Shown here: positions 19,078 to 28,723 of the stretch, piece by piece
Layout: every line of letters begins with the position of its first letter
Position numbering within the stretch: the first letter of the stretch is position 1
Source of the DNA: Nitrospirota bacterium
GTDB lineage: Bacteria; Nitrospirota; UBA9217
Direction: 5' to 3'
DNA length: 64,000 nucleotides
Assembly (NCBI GenBank): GCA_963818475.1
Contig: CAWFSF010000006.1
Span: forward strand, 416,001 to 480,000
Position numbers and translations under genes: made by a program
The notes under the pieces: generated by a model
The model's input: only the letters and a program-made list of their open reading frames with translations
What the model was told of the DNA's origin: nothing
The model's database searches: none

Positions 19078-20733
19078 ATGAGCGAGCAGGAACGCCGTCC
19101 AGTTCTCCGCTACCTTGCCCTCGTCGTTTTTATCGCGGCTGGTTTGCTCTATGTAAATTCGCTTGGTAATGGATTCGTCTGGGACGATTCTTTTATCATC
19201 GTCCAGAACCCCCTGATGCAGGGAATAAAAAATCTGCCTCGTCTCCTGGTTTCCGAGGACACGTTCCCCGGGGTACGGATCGGATGTTACCGTCCCGTCG
19301 CCTATTTCAGTTTTTTTCTCAACCGCCTGATCGGGGGCGGGGGCCCCTTCAGTTTTCATCTCGTAAATCTGCTGCTCCATGCCACAATATCCGCGGCGTT
19401 GTATGTCCTGATCGCCAGGCTGTTTCAGGACCACGTCCTGGGGTTCCTTGCGGCACTCCTCTTTGCCGCCCATCCGATCAACGCGGAAACCGTCAATTTT
19501 CTGTCGGGCGGCAGGAACACCCTCCTTGCCGCGCTGTTTACACTCATGTCTTTTATCACCTATGCGCGGGGACAGCGCCGCTGGTCCATCGTCTGGTTCG
19601 GCCTTTCGGCCTTCTCCAAGGAATTCGGTCTGATCACGCCGGCGATGCTGTATGTTTATGACCGCTTCGTAAAAAAGGAACGGAAGCCCTTCAGGAACTA
19701 CGCTCCCTATATTGCAGCGGGTGTCGTGTACCTCGCTGTCCGGAGCTTTGTTCTGGGCGGTGTCGGCCCCCTGGGGCTCGAAGCTCTCGGCAGCCGGCTT
19801 CTGTTCGTCCCCCGGCTTTTCGCGGACTACATGCGTGTGTTCCTGTTTGCCGTCCAGCCGAAACTCCCTCGCTGGACTGAGTTTCCAGAGGCGTTCGATA
19901 CCGTCGCCATCACCGCCGTGCTGGCTCTTTTCGCCGTAGGAGCGCTTATTTATTGGTTCCGGTCTTTCCCGGCAATCCGCTTTTCCGGCTTCTGGCTGCT
20001 GTTGTATTTTCTTCCTGCTGCCAACATTCAGCCGATCGGTTATATTCTGATGGCCGACCGGCATGCGTATTTCATGTCCATGGGCATCAGCCTGCTGGCG
20101 GCTTTTACAGTTCTCCGTCTGTTCCGGAGCGATCGGCGGGCGATGGCCACGGTCGTCGTTGTTTGTTTGCTGTTCAGTGCCATGGTTGTCCGGCGCAATG
20201 CCGCCTGGCGCAGCAATGAAACACTCTATCGCCAGATGATCGCCGATGCTCCCGACTCCAGCATCGGCTACCAGAATCTGGGAATGCTCCTCTACGACAG
20301 CGGGGAATCGGAGCAGGCGTTGGCCCCGCTTGAACGGGCCGTGGCCACGTCCCCGGTGTCCGAAGACGCGTTGTTTGCGCTCGGCACGTTGTACGCCGAA
20401 CTCGGCATGCCCGACAGGGCGGTAGTCTCCTTGCAAAAAACAGCGGCCCTGAATCCCGATGATTTCAGGGTTTTCCTCATGCTCAGCCGGCTTTATGAGG
20501 GCAGGGGAGAACTCGCGCTAGCGAGGTCGTATCGCGATAAAGCACTTGGGCTCATGCCGCAAATAGAGCGGATTCTCGCTCTCCGCGCGAAACGAATGTT
20601 CGAGCAGGCTGAGGAGGCACGGGCACTTGGCAGCGTCATGAAGGCCGAACGATTTTACCGCCGGGCGTTGCTCTATGACCCCCAGTCCGCGGCCGCACAG
20701 GCCGGACTGAGGGCAGTCGTCACGGAGAAATAA
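19078..20733 (+). CDS. TMTC-like GT-C glycosyltransferase with C-terminal TPRs
   Basis: FVWDD, YRP, HPINAETVNFLSGGRNTLL, SKEFG, ADRHAY and RRNAAW, then TPRs; close paralog of the N-terminal part of 14504..16915. Confidence 0.85.
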   Translation: MSEQERRPVLRYLALVVFIAAGLLYVNSLGNGFVWDDSFIIVQNPLMQGIKNLPRLLVSEDTFPGVRIGCYRPVAYFSFFLNRLIGGGGPFSFHLVNLLLHATISAALYVLIARLFQDHVLGFLAALLFAAHPINAETVNFLSGGRNTLLAALFTLMSFITYARGQRRWSIVWFGLSAFSKEFGLITPAMLYVYDRFVKKERKPFRNYAPYIAAGVVYLAVRSFVLGGVGPLGLEALGSRLLFVPRLFADYMRVFLFAVQPKLPRWTEFPEAFDTVAITAVLALFAVGALIYWFRSFPAIRFSGFWLLLYFLPAANIQPIGYILMADRHAYFMSMGISLLAAFTVLRLFRSDRRAMATVVVVCLLFSAMVVRRNAAWRSNETLYRQMIADAPDSSIGYQNLGMLLYDSGESEQALAPLERAVATSPVSEDALFALGTLYAELGMPDRAVVSLQKTAALNPDDFRVFLMLSRLYEGRGELALARSYRDKALGLMPQIERILALRAKRMFEQAEEARALGSVMKAERFYRRALLYDPQSAAAQAGLRAVVTEK

Positions 20734-20889
20734 TGATCCATGCAGGGATGGTGGTATGATAACTAAAGAATGCCCAGTGCCGGCACTGAACTCTTGTTGC
20801 TCCAGGATGCAGCCTCGGCACCTCTCCGCCAGGGGCGGAGGGACCGGAACGTTTTATTATTGCCTTTTTGAGACGGTTAATGAGGAGCC

Positions 20890-21630
20890 ATGTTGCGCAC
20901 AAGAATGGTTTGGATAATCGCGGTTGCGATACTTCTTTTTTTCCTTGCTACAACGTTCTTCCTGGACCTCAAAGGGCGGAGCGCAAGGTCTTACGGTGAA
21001 CGAGTCCATGATGTTTCGGAAACCCAATTGCCGGTGACCATGATCGCCAGTTCGGGAGAATTGTATCGTCTTTATAAATCCCGCGGTGTGCAGGGAAGGC
21101 TTTTGGTACATATCGGAACGCACCTGCATTTCGTCGACGGCAATGATGACAAAGGACCTTTTTCGCCGCTGCCCCGTCCAGACGCTTTGGGCGTTCTCCA
21201 CGCATACGAACAACGGATAGACTATACTAATGTGTTCTGGGTGGCGATGCAGGCGAATATCGTTCGCGGAATTTATTACGTTTTGCCGGACCAGGTATAT
21301 CAGGAAATAAGAAAGGCGGCGCGCGAGGACGACTTTGATATTGCTTACATGGATACGGAACGTATTGTGGCCCATGAATGGGGTTTCCGCCGCGAAATTT
21401 CCAATTCAATCCCCGTTCTTCCCGAACCGGTGCTGTTGAACATTGACGCCTCGGTGTTCGAGTATCGGGAAGTGTCCGATATCCTTCGCATGGTTAAGCA
21501 GTCGCGCTTGAAAGCCGATCTTATTACGGCGAACCTGTCGGAGGACAGCCCGGACGTATCGCCGGCAAGCAGGGGGAAAATGAGGTTGTTCATATCGCTC
21601 TTGACCGGGGGGGGCAGTGGAAAACAATAA
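20890..21630 (+). CDS. Membrane-anchored protein with a probable degenerate arginase/UPF0489-like fold
   Basis: N-terminal TM, GRLLVHIGTHLH, IVRGIYYVLP and PVLLNIDASVF; paralog of 28121..28723. The fold is inferred. Confidence 0.5.
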   Translation: MLRTRMVWIIAVAILLFFLATTFFLDLKGRSARSYGERVHDVSETQLPVTMIASSGELYRLYKSRGVQGRLLVHIGTHLHFVDGNDDKGPFSPLPRPDALGVLHAYEQRIDYTNVFWVAMQANIVRGIYYVLPDQVYQEIRKAAREDDFDIAYMDTERIVAHEWGFRREISNSIPVLPEPVLLNIDASVFEYREVSDILRMVKQSRLKADLITANLSEDSPDVSPASRGKMRLFISLLTGGGSGKQ

Positions 21631-22843
21631 AAAAGAGTTTCTTGCGCTGCTGCTGTTAATAACCCTGCTTGGCATATGTCTCCGCGTATATGGGGTCTTC
21701 GGGCAGCCTCTCCTGGAGGACGAAACTCTGATGGCCTCCACGGCGCGCAATTACATGGAGCGGGGACATTTCGTGCCTTCCATGCCTCACCACCCCAATT
21801 TGCGCAATATCCTTGTTTTTTTGTCCATGAATACGTTCGGTGAGAACGGCCTCGGGGTACGGTTCTTCAGCCTTCTCTTCGGTATCCTGAGCGTCCCGCT
21901 TCTGGGGCTCCTGCTGTACAGGCTGACCTCGAATGTAACCGCTTCCAGCCTGGCCGCGTTTTTCCTTGCAGTGGATCCCGTCCATATCCTCTACAGCAGG
22001 CACGCCATCCAAGAGGTCCATACGGCATTTTTTTTCCTCGCAGGCACGCTTCTCTTTGTCCATGCGGCGACCCGGAACGATCGTTGGTGGCTTCTACCGG
22101 CAAGCGGGGTATTTTTCGGGTTCGGACTCGCGTCCAAGGCCCATGCCGCATTCCCGCTCCTCGTCTGCCTGGTCTCTGTGTTTTTATCAGCGAAGGAGTT
22201 GAGAAAGAAAGAGTTTCGTATCCTGGCGGTAGTATCTCTTACGGTGCTGCCCCTCACGGTGTTCATGCTGACCGATGCAGCGTGGTTCAGCCGGGGGTAT
22301 GATCTTGCCGACTGGCTGTTCATGAGAAAAACGCTCATTGGCCCCATGACGGCGAAATTTACCCCGCCGACCACGGAAATCAATGTGGACACGTTGGCCT
22401 GGCAGTGGTTCCTTGTTCCCTTTCTCGGGTATCATGAATTTTCCTATGGCAGCGGAAAACCGGTTCTCTTTGTCGCCATGGGGAACCCTCTTGTCTGGAT
22501 GCTCGTGCTGCCCGCCGCTTTTTATATCCTGTACAGGTGGAGGAGCATACAAGGCGCATTGTTTATGCAGGCCCTCTTCTGGCTTTCCTATCTGCCGCTC
22601 GTAGTTGCTCCCCGAAGAATATTTCTACTTTCGTCCATAGCAGTCACGCCCTTCGCCTATGGTCTCGTAGGTCTCGCGGTTTCCCATGCGGCAACGCGTT
22701 GGGGGAAAAAAATAGTATATGTCTATCTCGGCGCTGTTCTGGCAATAAGCCTGCTGCTGTACCCTTTGACCTTGGGGCAGGGATGGAATTATCAGTACCT
22801 CCGTCCGATGGTAGAACGATTTAATCCCCATCAAAACCGTTAA
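21617..22843 (+). CDS. PMT/ArnT-like (GT39/GT83) membrane glycosyltransferase
   Basis: EDE loop, HHPNL, GVRFFS, YSR, ASK, WQWF and GNPLVW, with many TM helices. Confidence 0.8.
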   Translation: MENNKKEFLALLLLITLLGICLRVYGVFGQPLLEDETLMASTARNYMERGHFVPSMPHHPNLRNILVFLSMNTFGENGLGVRFFSLLFGILSVPLLGLLLYRLTSNVTASSLAAFFLAVDPVHILYSRHAIQEVHTAFFFLAGTLLFVHAATRNDRWWLLPASGVFFGFGLASKAHAAFPLLVCLVSVFLSAKELRKKEFRILAVVSLTVLPLTVFMLTDAAWFSRGYDLADWLFMRKTLIGPMTAKFTPPTTEINVDTLAWQWFLVPFLGYHEFSYGSGKPVLFVAMGNPLVWMLVLPAAFYILYRWRSIQGALFMQALFWLSYLPLVVAPRRIFLLSSIAVTPFAYGLVGLAVSHAATRWGKKIVYVYLGAVLAISLLLYPLTLGQGWNYQYLRPMVERFNPHQNR

Positions 22844-22932
22844 CAATTATATATTCGCCGCCTGGTGTATGCGATGGCGGTTGAACGGGAAGAGAGACCT
22901 TGCTTCCGGGCGGACCTCCGGATTCCTTTTAT

Positions 22933-22961
22933 TTGACAAAGTACAGGGGAAAATAGATAAT
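22933..22961 (+). promoter_or_regulatory. Sigma-70 promoter of the resC-resB-TPR operon
   Basis: TTGACA-17 nt-GATAAT; RBS AAGGAG before ATG 23002. Confidence 0.6.
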
Positions 22962-23001
22962 AGCATACTCGGGCAGAATGCCTCACTTTGAAAGGAGTAT
23001 T

Positions 23002-23838
23002 ATGTCTCCCGTAGAAACCGTCTTATTCTGGATATGTCTTCTTGCCTATGCATTGGCAACAGGCGGATATATCTATTCGTTTGTCTTCAAAAACGAAAAG
23101 GTCCTTCCCAAGCTGATGCTCCTGGTTACGGTTGGTTTTGTTCTCCATACCGCTACTATCGCTGCGCGATATTACGCCCAAGGGCATCTTCCCTGGAGCG
23201 GAGATTATGAAAACGGGCTCATGGGGGGCTGGTTCGTCATGGTATTGACGGTGTATGTCGTACGGCAGCAGAAACAACTCCAGGCACTGGCGGCGGTGAC
23301 TGTGCCTTTTACCCTGTTAATGATGGGCTTCGGCGTAATGCGGAACCCGACACTCGGGCCCATGGCGGCTTCTCTCAAGTCCTTCTGGCTGTTGATCCAC
23401 GTATATTTCGCCTGGCTGGCTTTCGGAGCGTTCGCGCTCGCCATGGCCGCCGGCATTCTTTATTTGCTCAAGGAAAAAGACGCTGCGCAGCCGGCACAAA
23501 ACCCGGTTTATGGTCGTTTTCCCTCTATCACCAGACTCGATGAATTGATGTTTCGCTACATAATCTTCGGGTTCATCACCGATGCTATCATGATCGCCGC
23601 GGGCGCCATCTGGGCCAAGGATTTGTGGGGAAGCTACTGGAGCTGGGACCCGGTCGAGACGTGGTCCCTGGTGTCATGGCTCATGTACGGCATCATCATC
23701 CATCTCCGCATGACCTTCGGGTGGCGGGGCCGAAGGCTTTCCTGGCTGACGATTTTCGCTATCGTCGGCATGATCATCACCTTTTTCGGCGTCAACTTCG
23801 TCGTCGAAAGCAGCTTCCACCTTTTTAACGTCAGATGA
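23002..23838 (+). CDS. resC: Cytochrome c synthase subunit ResC/CcsA (system II)
   Basis: WWD motif GAIWAKDLWGSYWSWDPVETW, plus conserved His residues in WLLIHV, IIIHLR and SFHLF. Confidence 0.95.
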   Translation: MSPVETVLFWICLLAYALATGGYIYSFVFKNEKVLPKLMLLVTVGFVLHTATIAARYYAQGHLPWSGDYENGLMGGWFVMVLTVYVVRQQKQLQALAAVTVPFTLLMMGFGVMRNPTLGPMAASLKSFWLLIHVYFAWLAFGAFALAMAAGILYLLKEKDAAQPAQNPVYGRFPSITRLDELMFRYIIFGFITDAIMIAAGAIWAKDLWGSYWSWDPVETWSLVSWLMYGIIIHLRMTFGWRGRRLSWLTIFAIVGMIITFFGVNFVVESSFHLFNVR

Positions 23839-25237
23839 TCCGCAAAGTCCTTTCCATAGCGTCATCACTGCGTTTTACGCTGATCTTGATCGTGGCGCTG
23901 TCGATCATATTCCTTCTCGGCCTATGGATACCCCAGAAGGGGTTGTTCACCCGTGAGGTTTACGTTCAATGGAAGACCAATTCTCCCGGGTCTCGTAACA
24001 GCGCTCGAAACCCTGGGGTTTACGGATATCTATACTGCCCCGATAACCATGGCCCTCTGGGTTCTTTTTTTCCTCAATCTCGTGTTTGGTCATGTTCAGA
24101 CGGCTGGATGTCGTCAAGGCTAAAATACGCCTCTCCGAGGACAAGCAGGAAGACCCGTCGACGAGTTCGCGATACCGGTACCGCAAGAGCATTCCTCTGT
24201 CAACGGAACTAGAACGCGATGCAGTCGCGCGAGCGCTTAAGCAGGAGGGGTATCGGGTTTTCGGACAGCCTGAGCGTTTTTACGCCGTAAAAAATCGTTT
24301 TTCGCCGGTTGCCACGATACTGTTCCATTTAAGTTTTCTTCTCATTCTTGCCGGAGGCATAGTTGGCCTCTATACACGTTTTTCCGCTTATCTCGATTTG
24401 GCTGCCGGAGAAGAGATCGACGGTTCCCTTGACCGGTTCACGAAACCTCTGACAATCCCTAAGATCGGCGCAATCCCGTCGGGAAGCTTCAAAGTCACGG
24501 ATATCCGTCCCGAGATGATTGGTGACACTCCGGCCGGTCTGCAAGTCGACATCCTCGATCCCGCCGGGAAGATCACGACTGCGGATATTAACAAACCATA
24601 CAAACCGGGAAAAGTGTCTTTCGTAGTCAAGGACCTCGGGGTGGCTCCGCTGGTAATTCTGCAGGACCGTTCGGGGAAGGAAGTGGACGGCGCCTATGTG
24701 AAGCTCAATGTGCTGCGCGGTAAGCAGGACCACTTCAAATTGCAGGGCGTCACCTTTACGGTCGATTTTTTCCCGGATTATGCTGTTCAGGACGGCATTG
24801 AAATATCACGTTCTGAAGAAGTTCGGAATCCTGCCTTCAGGTTTGCTTTGCAAGGGAGGGATTCCGTGCCCCTGCAGAGCACGATCCGTCCCGGTGAAGA
24901 GGCAGCGCTCGGCGCTTACCGGCTGAAGGTGCCCTCGGTACTGTACTGGGTCCGCTTCTACGTTGTGAAGGAGGAAGGGCTGGAATTGGTCTACGCAGGA
25001 TTCTTTCTCTCCGTTTTCGCGCTGATCTGGCGTTTTGGCTATTATCAGCGGGAACTCGTGGGCCGCAGGATAAACCAGGAAGGGAAAGAAGTTCTGCTCC
25101 TGGCCGGGCGGGCGGAGTTTTACCCCGCGCTTTACGAGGATGAATTCAATGAGCTGACGGAGAGGATAATGAAATTTTCCAACCGGGTGAACTCAGATAT
25201 GAAGCGGCCAAGTGCGGACAGCCGGGAGCCCTTGTGA
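23835..25237 (+). CDS. resB: Cytochrome c biogenesis protein ResB/Ccs1, with two apparent +1 frameshifts
   Basis: The N-terminus ASSLRFTLILI...GLWIPQ continues at 23992 in the +1 frame (LVTALETLGFTDIYTAP...FFLNLV) and again at 24086 (...ILFHLSFLLILAGG...GLELVYAGF). The extra bases lie in GGG 23988-90 and TTT 24085-87. Confidence 0.85.
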
Positions 25238-26100
25238 AAAGAAAAACTGTTAAAAGCGTAAGCAACTCAACTCAACTCAACTCAACTCAAGGAAGTCATC
25301 CCCTTCAAATCGCCCTCGTGTTCTTGCTGGTAATTGTCCTCTGTGCCGCTGCTTTTAAAAGAAATACGATTTGGCACGATAAAGTTCGTCTCTGGAACGA
25401 CGTGGTCGAGAAAAGCCCGTATATGGCAAGGGGATATATCAATCGCGCCAACGCCTTTAGAGAAGCCCGGCAGTATAGAGAGGCAATCGAGGATTGCGCT
25501 CGTGGGCTTGAACTTCATGAACTAAATCCCCGCCTCAATGAAGCGCACTTTACCTGCGGAATTATCTATTACGAGACCGGGGACTACGGAAACGCTATAC
25601 GGGAATACAGCCGGGAAATAGCTATAAATCCCGGTTTCGCAAGGGCTTATTTCAATCGGGGTAATATCTATTATCTGCAGGGAAATTATGATAGTGCGAT
25701 CCAGGATTACAGCGCGGAAATAGCGATAAATCCGGAGGATGCAAAATCTTACTTCAATCGAGCCAATGCCTTCAATACTATCGGCCTTCACGACAAGGCA
25801 ATCTCGGACTACACCAGAGAAATAACGGTCAATCCCCTGAATTCCGTGGCGTATTGCAATCGTGCGATAGCCTTGAGCGCAAAGGGGCATTATGATGCGG
25901 CGCTTGAAGATTTCAACAAGGCCATAGCTCTGAATCAGGGGAATGCCCAGCTCTTCTTCAGCCGGGGAAATGAATATCTCAGGCGGGCGCAATATGAACT
26001 GGCGATCGAGGATTATAACAAGGCAATCGAAATCAAGCCTGATTACAGGGATGCTGACATCAATAGGGGTATCGCATTGAGGAACATAAGAGGACGCTGA
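25234..26100 (+). CDS. Single-TM TPR protein matching the C-terminal module of TMTC-like transferases
   Basis: GTGA overlap with the resB stop. TM followed by KRNTIWHDKVRLWNDVVEKSPYMAR, then about 6 TPRs. Confidence 0.85.
   Translation: MKRKTVKSVSNSTQLNSTQGSHPLQIALVFLLVIVLCAAAFKRNTIWHDKVRLWNDVVEKSPYMARGYINRANAFREARQYREAIEDCARGLELHELNPRLNEAHFTCGIIYYETGDYGNAIREYSREIAINPGFARAYFNRGNIYYLQGNYDSAIQDYSAEIAINPEDAKSYFNRANAFNTIGLHDKAISDYTREITVNPLNSVAYCNRAIALSAKGHYDAALEDFNKAIALNQGNAQLFFSRGNEYLRRAQYELAIEDYNKAIEIKPDYRDADINRGIALRNIRGR
25263..25290 (+). repeat. Pentanucleotide microsatellite (CAACT)5CAA
   Basis: Directly visible at 25263-25290, about 30 nt into the TPR gene. Confidence 0.92.
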
Positions 26101-26400
26101 GAAAGCAAAAGCTGACGCTCCAAAAGCCTTATAAACTACTCATGGGAAAATAAATGGCAACAGTGACGACCTATCGATTACAGACCACACCGTAACTTAA
26201 AGCTGACCACTGGAAAGCGCGATTCTCCGATTTAGCACACGGCGCGCGATACCGAACAAATGCACTGATTACGGGATTGCTTCCCCGGGTAGCGGCTAAT
26301 TTAAAGAAAGAAGTGATATGAAATTTAGTCAGCAGTTGCCTTATTATCGAAACGTGTTTGTGCACCCTGCCCTCTCCAGTAAATATAGTAGAAAATGTTA

Positions 26401-26471
26401 TTGCATCAAGTATGAACAATGAGTATGATGGCCCTGAGGAGAAAAAATACTTCTTCCAGGGCCACAATTTT
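26401..26471 (+). promoter_or_regulatory. Sigma-70 promoter plus leader hairpin (copy 1)
   Basis: TTGCAT-17 nt-TATGAT, followed by the imperfect hairpin TGGCCCTGAGGAGAA...TTCTTCCAGGGCCA; homologous to 30101..30171. Confidence 0.6.
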
Positions 26472-26492
26472 TATGTTACCCGATATCCGTAA

Positions 26493-27332
26493 ATGTACCG
26501 TAAATTTATGAGCAAATTCTTAAACGTAACTCGCCGCTGGCACATCACGACTGCATTGGCTATTTCTGTGGTTATATTGCTGTCTTACACTGCATACAAG
26601 AGAAATTCCGCCTGGCAAAATGATCTAACGTTAATGACTGATATTACAAACAAATCTCCCCAGAAATCACGCGGATACATCTATCTTGGAAATTATCATT
26701 ATTTTACAGGTTCGTTTGATAATGCAATAATAAATTTTCAGACAGCTTTGCGACTCACCGGCAAGCAGCCGGACTTATTGCCCGGAATATATGTTAGTTT
26801 AGGCAATGCCTATGTCTCTACGGGGCAAATAGAGAAGGCAATCGAATATTATGTGAAAGCCGTAGAAATCAATCCCGATTATGATTCAGCATATGCCAAC
26901 CTCGGCAATGCGTATAGTTCTCAAGGGGCGCTGGATAAAGCAATAGATTATTATCAAATTGCACTGAGGCTTAATCCGAATTCCGCCAATGCTTATAATA
27001 ATATTGCTAATGCCTACTTCAAGAAAAACGAGCTAGATAAAGCCATTGAATATTATCGGCTGTCCTTAAGACTAAATCCCGATTCAGCTTATTTATACAA
27101 TAATATCGCCAGTGCTTATTTTGCAAAAGGACTGCCTAAAGAAGCAATTGAGAATTTTGATAAAGCCATAGAGTTAAAAAATGATATGGCGCTTTTTTAT
27201 GTTAACCGAGGCGACGCGCATCTTAAACTAGGGCAGAGAAGAGAAGCAATGTCAGACTATGGAGAGGCATGCGCATTAAGTGACGAACCGGGATGTAGAG
27301 AACTTCGGAAATTAGGATTTGCTCACGATTAA
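26493..27332 (+). CDS. Second single-TM TPR protein (TMTC C-terminal module), AT-rich
   Basis: TM followed by KRNSAWQNDLTLMTDITNKSPQKSR, then about 6 TPRs and an EACAL...C cap. Confidence 0.85.
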   Translation: MYRKFMSKFLNVTRRWHITTALAISVVILLSYTAYKRNSAWQNDLTLMTDITNKSPQKSRGYIYLGNYHYFTGSFDNAIINFQTALRLTGKQPDLLPGIYVSLGNAYVSTGQIEKAIEYYVKAVEINPDYDSAYANLGNAYSSQGALDKAIDYYQIALRLNPNSANAYNNIANAYFKKNELDKAIEYYRLSLRLNPDSAYLYNNIASAYFAKGLPKEAIENFDKAIELKNDMALFYVNRGDAHLKLGQRREAMSDYGEACALSDEPGCRELRKLGFAHD

Positions 27333-27379
27333 CTTGAACATATTATTATTCCATGACGTTTTTGGCCTAAATATATAAT

Positions 27380-27640
27380 CCGCACGTGAATCAGCCTTTT
27401 ACCGGGCGCTTTGATTATAGCCGGTAAAAAGACTGGACCAGGTTTTTCGTAATGCGCTCCCATTGCATAGCCTACGATTTCACCGTTGAAAAGATTGATA
27501 TCATTGTGACTCGCAAGATATAGCCACTCTTCATCGGTCGGTATATAGGATAATATTCACTCACCCAGACACAGTTGGACGTTGCTTCTCATTCCCCGTA
27601 TGTCGTTTGGACCAATTACTTCTTGATCCTTGACATCTTC
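27380..27640 (-). mobile_element. Degraded IS3-family transposase remnant
   Basis: The minus strand reads NCVWVSE / YIPTDEEWLYLASHNDINLFNGEIVGYAMG across frameshifts, matching the IS3 integrase core W..DITYI.T.EGWLYLA...D.F..EIVG.AM. Confidence 0.72.
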
Positions 27641-27841
27641 AGCCGGGACATAGCCGGCTAGAGGATCGCCTCCAGGGAATCGGCTGCAAAGGAACTCTGT
27701 CCTACGATGGGAGAGGGTAGGTGGTGGTTTGCCGCCTCATGCCAGGCGTACGTCGGCATGCAAATTTTTCTTTTGCATTTGTAAAAACGCAAACCCTCTT
27801 TTCGCAACTCTGCAAAAAAATAACAAAACTTTTTATCATTA

Positions 27842-27875
27842 ATTCAATAAGTTACGTTTTGGCATACGAGATGCA
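27842..27875 (+). promoter_or_regulatory. Putative sigma-54 promoter with IHF-like site
   Basis: TGGCATACGAGATGCA at 27860-27875 (GG-N10-GC). ATTCAATAAGTTA just upstream is one mismatch from the IHF consensus. TTTGC/GCAAA-rich sites lie at 27759-27820. Confidence 0.5.
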
Positions 27876-28120
27876 ATAATCCAGGCAAGACTGCACGTTC
27901 CATTCCCATGATTTGATTGAAAAATACTGCCAATGCTGTCCCAGCAAGACAGCCCTTGGCATGCCCCGCGTTACCTGATTGGTCTCCTTAGTCTCCAGTT
28001 TGAAAATAACACTGGAGCGTCGGCTTAATCTCGGCTGGATTGCGGCAGGCGCTTTTGATCGTCGGAGGAAACGCAGTGCGCCCATCTTATTACTCCCCCA
28101 TAACAATTCAAAAGAAAAGG

Positions 28121-28723
28121 ATGATCATTTTCAATATCCTTATCGTTGTTGTCTCTACTTCAATTTTAGTGTTTTTCTCTCTCTATGGAACGTCCCGGAG
28201 GGTGTTTTTACAAACGGGACTCATTCAGGTGTTGAAGGAACCGAAGGAATGCATATACGCATGGCGCAACGCCGGTGTTTCCGGGCGGGTCCTTTTCCAC
28301 ATTGACAGGCGACTGCGCGCCGAGTATGACCCCGATGATCCGATTCTGGACAATGACAACTATATGTATACCGCGAGGAGCGAGGCTGTTGTCAGAAAAA
28401 TTTACCATATCGTTCCCGAAGAATCTTGGACGGAAGTGGCGTCCAATCTCTCGAAACTCCCAAACGTGGCAGCTGCCGGCCCCGGTTTTCGATATTCGCT
28501 GGAGGGGACCCCGGTGTTCATTATGCGTGCAAAAGACATTGTCCCAATGAAGGAAAAGGTCCTCATCCATATCAACGGTGATTCCTGGGGAGGTGAGGGT
28601 ATTGAACAGATAATCGGGCTGCTTACTGATAACGTCCTCAGCGCAGACTTCATCACAATAACCGGGAAGATGGAAAATAGTCATGTGCAGTCGTTCAAAT
28701 CGTCGATGAATGAGTATCTTTAA
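28121..28723 (+). CDS. Paralog of 20890..21630 (probable degenerate arginase/UPF0489-like fold)
   Basis: TM, GVSGRVLFHIDRRL, VVRKIYHIVP, KVLIHINGDSW and LSADFITI. Start uncertain (28040 or 28121). Confidence 0.5.
   Translation: MIIFNILIVVVSTSILVFFSLYGTSRRVFLQTGLIQVLKEPKECIYAWRNAGVSGRVLFHIDRRLRAEYDPDDPILDNDNYMYTARSEAVVRKIYHIVPEESWTEVASNLSKLPNVAAAGPGFRYSLEGTPVFIMRAKDIVPMKEKVLIHINGDSWGGEGIEQIIGLLTDNVLSADFITITGKMENSHVQSFKSSMNEYL

Noticed and set aside
18745-20436. 563-aa antisense ORF, and similar ones at 8887..9942, 906..1889, 2250..3272 and 28208..29101
   Set aside because: Shadow ORFs opposite well-supported genes in GC-rich sequence, with no recognisable motifs.
23988-24087. Programmed ribosomal frameshifting in resB
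   Set aside because: No slippery heptamer or stimulatory structure was seen, and the same +1 pattern occurs in unrelated genes.
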